Origin: Carcharhinus longimanus
Lineage: Eukaryota
Length of the DNA stretch: 64,000 nt
Assembly: GCA_030264375.1 (NCBI GenBank)
Contig: JASCQW010000032.1
Location: 70,074,581 to 70,138,580 of the forward strand
Direction: 5' to 3'
Positions within the stretch are counted from its first letter, which is position 1, and each line of letters starts with the position of its first letter. Of the stretch, positions 49,878 to 60,172 are shown piece by piece. Both the position numbers and the translations under genes were made by a program. Below the pieces are notes generated by a model, which saw only the letters and a list, made by a program, of their open reading frames with translations, ran no database searches and was not told the DNA's origin.

Positions 49878-51369
49878 TTTCTACCAAGGCAGCCTGAGAT
49901 AGCGCTGCCAGGAATTCATGTTGTGTTTCATTTATTTACAGTGGAAGACATGGAACATTCTTCATTCTTGTGAAGTGTTACACAAATTGTGCTGGACAAT
50001 AGTTTTTGGGAGGAGCACTTATGAAATGTTCCTAGTTATGAGGAAAAACATGTCAAGACTTTCAGTAACGTGCAAGCCCCGAATTGGAAAATACAACACT
50101 AAAATTCTAGGAAAATAGAATTTCCACATTAGGATGTAAAGGGTGGGAAAAAGTGCATGAGTCATGACCCCATTTGTGGTGTAGTTTGTGCGCTATTGAA
50201 TGGGTGAAAGGTGACTTTCTCATGAATTGTAAGAACGGTACATGTTTCATCTGTGGATCCTTGCCACATATTTTGGGCTGTACACAAACATTTAGCTAAA
50301 AGTGAATCCAGAATATGAGACTCAATGTGGTTTCATTCTGCTCTTTTGCTTCTTGCCAATTTTCTGCACTTCTTCCTATTGTGAAAGCATTGTTTCTTCC
50401 CCAGAGTAAAGTTCCACAAGGGCCAATTCTTTTCTTTATTGAAGCAATTATTACCAATGCCTGAATGTCTAGTTCTGCCACCATCACTATGGTACTAAAA
50501 CATAGCCCAACAACTGTGTCATTGTGAGGTTCATACTCATGCCAATTAGTGTGTAACACCTACAAGACAATTACGTGCATTTCATTGTACATTTGCAGAA
50601 GCAGTCACTACATTACATTCAGGATCAGGATATCTCTAAAGGGCTGTGATTGCATTCCCTGAGTTTACGTGGTTGATTTTAAGGGCTCGAACATCCGGAC
50701 TTTGAAACATTTCAGACGTCTCATTTTCAAAACCCGACTTTATTCAAAGCAGCAGAAAGGCTTCGGGGCAATCTTACGTGAGTTGGCAAAGTGAAAAGTT
50801 GCCTCCGGTAGCCCTGTCCAATCAGGGATGGCAGGAGGTCATTGGAGGCAGAACTCATTGCTAAGGTGGCCAGCGGCAGCAGAGTCAGCAGCGAGAGTGC
50901 CACTCAGAAGCAGTGGTGATGCAGTGCAGGTGGCATCATTTCAAGAGAACAGCTGGCAATGCATCAGTCCCAAGGCCATTCCAGGTATCAGTCTCGAGGA
51001 GATCCTGATAGCAAGCTTTTGACATGGGAATGCATCAGCCCTGCCATTTCTTGTGGGTAAACATTAAAAAAAAATCTTGATCTCACACAGCTCTGATCTC
51101 CCTCTGTGCAGCCACCCCCTCTGAGTTGCTGGAGGTGCCAACATAGCAGGGGGCCCATACTATACCGGCAAAATTGCCTTGTGCTGGGAAAATTGCTGAA
51201 AGTCGATCCCTTAACTATCTTAATTGGTTTCCTGCCACGGACCTGCACGTTGCCAACATTGGGCTCCAACCCCCTCCTGAGAAAAGTGGCACGAGCTGTA
51301 AATCTGTGGCAAACAGGCCCAAAATTTGTTTTCCTTCACCCACCACATCCACATACCCCCAACCCTCAG

Positions 51370-51545
51370 TTCATCTCTTTCAAATGGGAACAGATTCAAT
51401 CGTAGCTTTCAGAAGGGAACTGGATAAAGAGTTGAAGAAAGGGATATGCAGAAAGTATTGGAGGGGGTGCCAATAACCTTCCAAAGAGCTGTTGTAGACT
51501 CAGTGGGCCAAATGTCTCTTTTTTCTACTTATGCTATGATTTGAT
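51370..51545 (+). mobile_element. Old CR1 3' end
   Basis: DSIVAFRRELDKELK followed by a GGGCCAAATG...CTATGATTTGATGAT tail. Confidence 0.65.
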
Positions 51546-51623
51546 GATATCAGAGAAACAGATGCCCGATGTCAATAATACTTCATACAGTGTCGTCCAC
51601 CTTCAGATAATTAAGAGAATTAT

Positions 51624-51815
51624 GGGTGTCACGGTAGCACAGTGGTTAGCACTGTCTGCCTGGGTTTCCTCTGGGTGCTCCGGTTCCCTCCCACATTCTG
51701 AAAGATGTGCTGGTTAGGTGCATTGACCCGAACTGGCGCCGGACAGTGACAACTAGGGGAACTTCACTGCAGCGTTAATGTATCCTTACTTGTGACTAAT
51801 AAATAAACTTTACTT
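51624..51815 (+). mobile_element. V-SINE, tail type B (internally deleted)
   Basis: Head fused directly to core. TTGACCCG junction. Type B tail. Confidence 0.85.
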
Positions 51816-51927
51816 CAAGAGAAGCAATGACTGTTACAGAAGCTTGGGATTTCCTTAAACGGAGTAACTAACAATTTACAGAACTTTTGCCTTTGGAACT
51901 TTGATTGAAGTATCCTGAGAATCGCAT

Positions 51928-52245
51928 CAGCATGGTGGTGCAGTGGTTAGCACTGTCACCTCACAGCGCCAGGGACCCAGGTTCAATCCCAGTCTCAGGT
52001 CACTGTCTGTATGGAGTTTGTACTTTCTCCCCATGTCGGCATGTGATCCCTCCAGGTGCTCTGGCTTCCTCCCACAGTCCAAAGATGTGCGGGTTAGTTT
52101 GCTTGACCATGCTAAATCGCCCCTTAGTATCAGAGGGATTAACAGAGTAAATGAGATTTATGGAACTAGGACTTGGATGGGATTGTGATCAGAACAGACT
52201 TGATGGGCTGAATGGCCTCCTTCTGCATTGTAGGGATTCCATGAT
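51928..52245 (+). mobile_element. HE1-like V-SINE, tail type A
   Basis: Head, core and tail. Confidence 0.9.
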
Positions 52246-52666
52246 ATGTTGGAATATCAAAAGCCATTAAATTAGTCAAAATCCTCCCAAATGAGCAGAA
52301 AAGTATAAAACTTACTCTGTACTCTTCTTATGTATGAAAGAAACTTGAAGTCATCAAAACCATTTTTTATGCACATTAGGCACAGCATGTCTAAAAAAAT
52401 ACAATCTTGGAAGCTTTTCAATTTTTAATACAACTCATTCTGATGTCTTAAAAAATATGCTCAGAGCACAAATTTCAATGTAGGTGTCTACAAGGAGGAA
52501 TTTTTGATTTTTTTTTGAAAGAGATTCACCACAATCTGACTATCAATTCTGCTGCACTTGAACTTTTAGGTGTTAAAAATATGTAGGTTAAGACTATAGC
52601 TTCAAAGCAGGTACCTCACAGTTCCATTTTAACACTGTGTTAGTGAACGAGTCAAAATATGTTGTC

Positions 52667-52955
52667 GGGTGGCACAGTGGTTAGCACTGCTGTTTCACAG
52701 GACCCGGGTTCGGTTCCTGGCTTAGGTCACTGTCTGTATGGAGTCTGCACATTCTCCTTGTGTCTGCGTGGGTTTCCTCTTGCTGCTTTGGTTCCCTCCA
52801 CAGTCCAAAGACATGCTGCTTAGGTGTATTGGCCATGCTAAATTGACCCTCGGTGTACCCAAAAAGGTACCAGAGTGTGGCGACTAGAGGATTTTCACAC
52901 TAACTTCCCTACGGTGCTAATGTAAGCTGACCTGTGATTAATAAATATACTTTAC
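52667..52955 (+). mobile_element. V-SINE, tail type B
   Basis: Head, core and type B tail. Confidence 0.9.
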
Positions 52956-53759
52956 TTTTCTTTTGAATGGATATGTGAATGAGTGATGGGGATTTTTGAT
53001 GGCATTTCACTGAATCAGTGCAAAAGGTTAAGAAGGATGCAGTGCAATAAAAGAACCTAAGTGACCCAAGCCCGAATCTCCTCTCTCTTTCACACTGACA
53101 GTTAAGGTTAAGCCATAATGGGTCATTGTCTCAGTGCTACATTTCACAAAGTTCTAAGCCAACAATTGCCGAAAGCAGGGATATTACCATTGAGCCCAAT
53201 CCTATCCTTCCATGATCTCCACAAACTCACACCCACATGTTTTTCCAGCTGGAGAAATGGAAACTTCATACACATCTGGACTCCTGTCCAGAAGAGAATG
53301 GGCAATGCACACAGATGGCGCTCATCCCTGTCACTGAAGGAATTTAATTCCCCAGGTTTAGCATTAAGCTCGAGAGTTGTTTTTTTAGGCTGGAAGATTT
53401 CCATAAATAACAATAACATTGTTTAAAACAGATTTCAACTCTGTAATCTGATTTTAACTGTTGGTCTTTCCAAAGAGAAATGTTCAAGGCTAAACATTCT
53501 GAGATCCTGAAGGACGACGTCTTAAAATCACGCCGGTATGTGATCAGGACAAGGAAAATGAAATGAGCATATTATTTCAAGAATTAATTTGATATCTTTA
53601 AGCAATTGAGCTGAAACACAAACAAGAATGGATTATTAGACTGATATTGGAAGGGGTTATACCTATTACGAAAGATTAAATAGGTTGGGGTTCTCTTCTG
53701 TAAAAGAGAAGTAACCTAATTAAGATATTTAAGATTCCCAGTTAATGCAGTGGCAAGGG

Positions 53760-54156
53760 GGATACTGGCACAGTGGTTAACTCTGGTGCCTCACAGCGCC
53801 AGGAACCTTGGTTCAATTCCCGGCTTGGCTCACTCTGTGTGGAGTCTGCACGTTGTCTCCATATCTGCGTGTATTTCCTCTGGGTGCTCTGGTCTCCACC
53901 CACAGTCCGAAAGACATGCTGGTTAGGTACACTGGCCNNNNNNNNNNCTCCCCGCATCTGCATGGGTTTCCTCTGGGTGATCCAGTTTCCTCCCACAGTC
54001 CAAAGGTTGTGTGGGTTAGGGTGCATCAGCCATGCTAAATTGTCCGTAATGTACCCAAACAGGCGCCAGAGTGTGGCAACTAGGGGATTTTCACAGGAAC
54101 TTCATTGCAGTGTTAATGTAAGCCTACTTGTGACACTAATAAATAAACTTTAAACT
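53760..54156 (+). mobile_element. V-SINE, tail type B (core repeated across a small gap)
   Basis: Head at 53760 and near-consensus B tail at 54060-54152. Confidence 0.85.
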
Positions 54157-54520
54157 TCACATATTCCAATCATTGATGACCTGGAAACTACCCCCAATTG
54201 TTGCAAAAACCCATTTGGCTCACTCACCACCTTTAGGGAAGGAAATCTGCTGTCTTCACCTGGTCTGGCCCACATGTGATTCCAGACACACAACAATGTG
54301 GTTGACTTTGAAATAGTCAGGAAATAGTTCTCTGCATTCTCTCATTTCCTTCTCGATGAACGATATGATTTGTCTGTATAGCACACAAGAAACAATATTG
54401 TCCACTGCATGTTAAAACATGTGACAATAATAAATCAAGTCAAATCAGTTCAAGGGTAATGCAGGAGGGCAACAAATGCTGACCTGACCAGAGAAGCCCA
54501 AATCCCACGAAAAAATAAGA
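54157..54520 (+). mobile_element. Third tRNA-SINE family fragment interrupted by a Rex1/Babar 3' UTR piece (about 54328-54447)
   Basis: TTTAGGGAAGGAAATCTGC...CCACATGTGATTCCAGAC and GGGCAACAAATGCTG match 59845-60170 in reverse. The insert ends GTGACAATAATAAATCAAGTCAAATCA. Confidence 0.7.
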
Positions 54521-54706
54521 GAAATTACTGGGGGGATTTTCCATCCCCTGTTTTTCACAGGTGGGCAGCGTGCTGGGGGCAGAGAGATGGGTGGAAGTCA
54601 AATACAGGCTTTCACACCAGTGAGATTGCTCCACTCGATTATCCCCACCCCTTGGCAATAAGGTAATGGGGTTCCCGTCGTGCAGTGATGGGAACCCCAT
54701 TAAATG

Positions 54707-55050
54707 TAGAATCATAAAATCCCTACAGTGCAGAAAGAAGCCATTTGGCCCATCGAATCTGCACCAACCACAATTCCACCCAGACCCTATCCCCATATCC
54801 CTACATATTTACCCGCTAATCTCTCTAACCTACGCATCTCAGCACATTAAGGGGCAATTTTTAGCATGGCCAATCAAGCTGACCAAACATTTTTGGACTG
54901 TGGGAGGAAAATGGAGCACCCAGAGGAAACCCACACAGACACGAGGAGAATGTGCGAACTCCACACAGACAGTGACCCGAGGCTGGGATTGAACCTGGGT
55001 CCCTGGCGCAGTGAGGCAGCAGTGCTAACCACTGCGCCACTGTGCCATCC
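54707..55050 (-). mobile_element. HE1-like V-SINE, tail type A
   Basis: Full-length reverse-complement copy. Confidence 0.92.
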
Positions 55051-55807
55051 ATATTGATGAATCTGGTGTGTTTTCTGACAGAAATCTGTCCTTTGCACAG
55101 TTAAGCTGAAACTGAAAGTTCACCTTGCCTTGCAAAGCCACAATTACCATAACTTAAGGTGAAAGCTGCAGTCAGATTAGGAGGTCTTGAACATTTTAAA
55201 ATGGATGCGTTAATCGTTCCAAAGCAAAAATTAGAAAATCAGCTAAACATGTAAATCACTCTTATGCTGTCACCTCATAGTACAATTGAAGAGCTGACCA
55301 TTTACAATATCATCCGTACTCTGTGTGAGGAGCTATTGATCCTTTAACACTGAAAACCCTGGGACATTAAGAATTTCCTTTGCTTCAGTTGAAAGTAAGC
55401 CTACACGCAAACGGCTAAATCAGATTACCAAGTCTAATAGTGTCAAACGGTAAGTCATCGCACCCTCTGTTTATGTATCATGAAGGGTTATCATCTCCTC
55501 ATTAAACATGCCATTATCAATATCACTTCATGTTTTAGTCACAAGATGATTGCCTTATTGAACCTTTGAATTCCTGAGGGAAGTTCGCAGCTTGCCACAG
55601 TCAATTACTGTGAACCTCTGTTCACTACTATGTATCTATTATTGCTTGTTTAACTTGCCATGTTCAAATGTCACATCTGTCACTGTTGTAGGTTTCATCA
55701 CATTAGCCGCACAATTCCTGGAGACTTAATACCAAGTAGACATTTACTTCTTGGTGAATCATTCACACTCTGTTACTCCTTTTTCGGCAACCTTGAGACT
55801 TGTGGAG

Positions 55808-56128
55808 GGGTGGTGGCACAGTGGTTAGCACTACTGCCTCACAGCACCAGAGACCCGGCTTTGAATCCAGCCGCGGCTCAGTGTCTGTGTGGAGTTTGCA
55901 CGTTCTCCCTGCGTCTGCGTGGGTTTCCTCTGGGTGGTCCGGTTTCCTCCCACACTCCAGAGATGTGCGGGTTAGGTAGATTGGCCATGGCAAATTGCCC
56001 CTTGGTGCCAGGGGGTCTGGCAGGACAAATACATTGGGATTATAAGGATAGGGTCTGGGTGGATTGATGGTTGGAGCAGGCTCAATGGGCTGAGTGCTCT
56101 CCTTCTGCATTGTAGGGATTCTATGATT
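55808..56128 (+). mobile_element. HE1-like V-SINE, tail type A
   Basis: Full-length copy. Confidence 0.92.
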
Positions 56129-56139
56129 ATCAATACATG

Positions 56140-56267
56140 GGCCAGATTCTCCTGCTTCCCTCGCAGCTGGGATTCTCTAGTCTCACTGTGGTGAACGGAG
56201 ATTTGGCTGAGCGCCAAATTCTCTATTCTCGCTGGCAGGTCGAGTGAACGGCCAGAGAATTCTGGCC
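56140..56267. mobile_element. About 128 bp MITE
   Basis: GGCCAGATTCTC...GAGAATTCTGGCC terminal inverted repeats. Same family as 37488-37615. Confidence 0.72.
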
Positions 56268-56639
56268 AATGTCTCACCTCAGAGAAAGCTCTCTCCTCCT
56301 CTTTCCCCTCAGTGTATCACTGAGATGCTGTCCTCCACACTTGGCTGCATGAATCTTCTATGGATTCGCATTCTAATCAGTAATCTCTAAACTGTCTGTG
56401 CTTTATATGCTCTGTCTGAGGCCAGAACTCTCCATTCNNNNNNNNNNNNNNNNNNNNNNNNNNNNNNNNNNNNNNNNNNNNNNNNNNNNNNNNNNNNNNN
56501 NNNNNNNNNNNNNNNNNNNNNNNNNNNNNNNNNNNNNCGAGACAACGATTTGGGGGGAAAAAAATCAGAAAATTCCAGCCCACTGTGTGAGAATTGAGGT
56601 CCCAAAAGAGGTGTGCTTAAGAGAAATTGGGAATGATTT

Positions 56640-56838
56640 CACTGAGGGTGGTGGGTGAGCGGAATCGGCTGCCGTCGGTGGCGGAGGCAAATTCGATAGG
56701 GTCTTTTAAGAGACTTCTGGATGAGTACGTGGACTTAATAGGATTGAGAGTTATAGGTGAGTCTAGTAGGTAGCGATGGGATCGGTGCAACTTGTGGGCC
56801 AAAGGGCCTGTTTGTGCTATAGTTTTTCTATGATTTTC
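56640..56838 (+). mobile_element. CR1 3' end
   Basis: GAGGGTGGTGGG...TTTAAGAGACTTCTGGAT...GGGCCAAAGGGCCTGTTTGTGCTATAG tail. Confidence 0.8.
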
Positions 56839-56879
56839 TGCACTCTCCCCACCCCCCACACACACACCCACCCTCTCAC

Positions 56880-57452
56880 CCCGAGATGTGTTTTGTTGCA
56901 GCAGCAGAAGCAGCTCGTCATTGGATGCCAACAAGATCATTTGGCATTTGTTGTCTTTGGTATTTTGCGTGGCTCGCCTATCTCGCCACCAGGGAACCTG
57001 TCGGGGAGGGAGATGGGGCGGCGGGGGGGAGGGGGGGTGCATTAGGGGGCAGAGATGGAAGATCTGGTTCGTGGGAAGAGCAGGCAAAAAAGCGCCGAAA
57101 AACCCAAATTTTTGTTTTGTTGCCTCTTCTGAGTTCAGAGTAGAAACAAAGTTCAGATACGATTTCCACTTAGCTGCTGCAGCAAGGTCACCCGCAGGAG
57201 CAAAACGAGAGCGTGAAAGGGTCATTGTAGGGATGTTGTGAGAAAATATCAAAAGCTCATGTACTGCTGGGCTGTTAGCTGTTGCAGACAACAGACCAAA
57301 ACCTTTCACAGCACACAGCTTTGATGGCTCGGCCAAGTTGTAGGAGGGAGTTCGAATGGAAAGGGTCATCTGGTGTACGTTTTTGCATGCCTGTCTGTTG
57401 TTTAATCTGGCACTCGATGGAAAGTGAGAGAAATTTCTTCTGTTCAAATGAT
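56880..57452. promoter_or_regulatory. Candidate intronic enhancer (CpG-retaining, five RGKTCA half-sites)
   Basis: AGTTCA at 57132 and 57150, AGGTCA at 57185, GGGTCA at 57219 and 57363. No recognisable repeat. Function is inferred only. Confidence 0.35.
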
Positions 57453-57939
57453 NNNNNNNNNNNNNNNNNNNNTGAGGGCAGCGGGGGTGGGTGAGGGAGG
57501 GGGGGGGGGCAGTTGGGGGGGGCAGGCATGAAAATAGGAGCCATACGTAGCGGACTTGGGTACAAATACACCACAGAATCGTGAGAGACATTGCTTCATC
57601 ATTTCTTTGCCATGGAAACAAAGTTCTGGCCCACGGCCTTTCAGAGGTAGGAATGCTCAGCAGAAAGGCCACATTATTATACTGATCCTTCTAATTTTGG
57701 AACTCTTTTAAGTACTCGTGGCCAGTCTCCGTGAATAAATCTGTGTTGCAATAGTGGTCAGATCAGTCAATAATTTCTGTCAAGTGAACAGTGATCAAAT
57801 GGAAATTTTGGTCTGCACCCATTGTTCTCAAGTCTCTCGGAACCACAATCTCTTACTCAGTATGTACCGGTTCAACTGGTAAACAGTACAACTCTCAGCT
57901 GGCATTATTTAATCTGTGAAATAAAACACCAGGTTAGAT

Positions 57940-58262
57940 AAGAATCACAGAACAATATAACACAGAAGGAGTCCATTCAGCAAATAGTGCCAGTTCTTTG
58001 ATAGAACTATCCAATTAATCCCACACTCTCTCTCTCTCTCTCTCTCTCTCTCCGAAGAGCTACAACTTTTTAATCTCCAAGTACTTGTGTGATTTTCTGG
58101 TGAATGTTACTAAGTTAGCCTGCTTCTGTCATTTTTTAAGGCAGTGCACTCCAGATCTCATCAGAGTCTGTGTAATAGGATATTTCTGCCTGTCGCTTCT
58201 GCGTCATTTACCAATCACCTTAGATCAATATTCTTTGGCTACTGATCTTTCTGTTGCTGGAC
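57940..58262 (-). mobile_element. Old CR1 3' fragment containing a (CT)n microsatellite
   Basis: AGAATCACAGAA tail, GGCAGTGCACTCCAGATC, and a (CT) run at about 58026-58052. Confidence 0.6.
58026..58052. repeat. (CT)n microsatellite
   Basis: Direct reading. Confidence 0.9.
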
Positions 58263-58789
58263 TCTATAATTTATTAATAAAAATAGAATGATAATAAATA
58301 TTCATGCATTGATGTTCCATACTATTTCTAAAATGTGTTTTTTTTTATGAAAGGGAATTGTATGGCCATTTTGTTGGCTTGCAATGGTTATGTGCCATTG
58401 TTAACATTCCACCGTGGATATCACCAGGCATGAATTACAAAGAGTTTGTGAGATGTTTATGCCCACCGTAAGACCCATCACTGCTGTGATAACATTTCCT
58501 TCATAACTTGTTCAAAATATAAAAATGTTGACCAGGGCTTTCCAAGGAGCGGCAATCATCATTGGATTGCTGCTCTGTTCCAGTTTTCTCCTGACCTCAT
58601 GGTCATGCTCTGACTATCCTGCTCCTCATTTCTGGAACTGCGCTTTCTGTGTTGCCTTTTTCTACACAATGATTTTATTAAGCTTGCTGTTGTCACAATA
58701 TTCACACGCACGCTCACTTGGGCAACACACTGTCTAATGACGCTGGGAGCGTTAAATTCAGCAAAAATGACTTGCGAGTTAAAGCAAAT

Positions 58790-59675
58790 CAAAATGCTGG
58801 AGATGCGGAAAATCTGAAATAAAAACAGAAAATGTTGGCAATAGTCAGTAGGTCAGGCAGCATCTGTGGACAGGAAAACAGAGTCAATGTATTTTAGGTT
58901 TCAGGCCTGTGACCCCTCATCAAAACTGAAGTTAGGAAGTAATAGGTTTTGAGCAAGTAAAAAGTGGGGTGGTGAGATGACGGGTGCAGGGGGTGGTGGG
59001 GGGAAGAGGAAGAGCAAACTGGAAAGTCTGTGATGAAGTGGCGGGCAGGACAGATTAAATGACAAAAGATTTTATTATACAAAAACAAAAGAAACTGTTA
59101 ATGGGACAAGTGAAGAAACAAAGGGTATGTCTAGATGGACAGCAAATGGCAGAACAGCTGTCAGATTGCAAAGTAAAGGGATATATAAAGAAAGAAACAA
59201 GGGAAAAACACTGAACTGTCAGCAAAGCACAACAAAATTGATCTAAAATTGTTGAACTTAATGTTGAGCCCAGAAGGCTCAGAGTGCTGAGCTGAAGGAC
59301 GAGGAGCGGTTGGTTTGAACCTCATTGGAACTGTAGTTGGCCAAGGACAAGTCAGGTCAGAGTGCGAGTCAGGTAGAGAGCTGAAATAGCAAGTGGCAGC
59401 AAACTCAGGATCACGCCTGTGGGCAGAATGGAAGTGTTCAGCAAAACAGACACCTGGTTTCTTTTTGGTGTCCCCAGCGTAGAGAAGAACACCCTGCGAG
59501 CAGTAAATATAGTATGCCAAATTGAAAGAAGTACAAATCGCTGGAAGGAGGATTTGGATTCTTGGCTGGTGGAGTTAAAAAGACATCTTCTGGGCTTGCA
59601 TTTAAACTCTGACATAGGAAAGGGAAGGGTTATTGAGGGTGACTAATGAGTGGACCAGGGTGTCACTAAGGAAAC
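58790..59675 (-). mobile_element. Penelope-like element: GIY-YIG endonuclease remnant plus terminal repeat
   Basis: Minus ORF YYIYCSQGVLLYAGDTKK...FAEHFHS...PSGLNIKFNNFR is a decayed GIY-YIG domain. Terminal repeat with a hammerhead-like core at 58898-58924. Confidence 0.85.
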
Positions 59676-59844
59676 TTACAAGTCCACTGAGTAAAATGTT
59701 CCACTTTTTATCGCCCCCCCCCCCCCCCAAAAAAAGTTTAGCACTAATACAAATAAATTAATGGAAGAAAGCCAACCTATTCCAGGAATGATTATTTGTG
59801 TTGGCAGGGGTGAGCTAGATGTGAATCAGGATTCAGCAGCTTTT

Positions 59845-60172
59845 TATTATTATTCATTTAAGGGATATGGGTGTTGCTGGCTGGGCCTCCATTTCAGAGG
59901 GCATTTGAGAGTTAACCACTCTGTTGTGGACCTGGAGTCACATGTAGGCCAGATCGGGTAAGGATGATAGATTTCCTTCTCTAAAGGGCATTAGTGAACT
60001 AGATGGATTTTTCTTGACAATCATTAATGGTTTCATTGTCATCAGTAGATCCTTAATTCCAGATTTTTATTGAATTCAAATTCCACTATCTGCCATGGTG
60101 GGATTTGAACCCAGGTGCCCAGGATCTTTGTATTACTAATCCAATGACAATACCACTACACCATTGCGTTCC
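59845..60172 (-). mobile_element. tRNA-derived SINE, third family
   Basis: Reverse-complemented B box GGGATTTGAACCC at about 60100. Collinear with 62633-62948. Confidence 0.8.

Noticed and set aside
556-55098. Many recurring 60-135 aa ORFs with similar peptides (GSLSVWSLH, VSSHSPKMC, WLALLPHS)
   Set aside because: These are translations of SINE copies, not a gene family.
56617-57672. Longest ORF in the track (351 aa, minus strand)
   Set aside because: It crosses an N gap, includes the antisense of a CR1 tail and poly-Pro from G runs, starts at a non-ATG codon, and has no recognisable domain.
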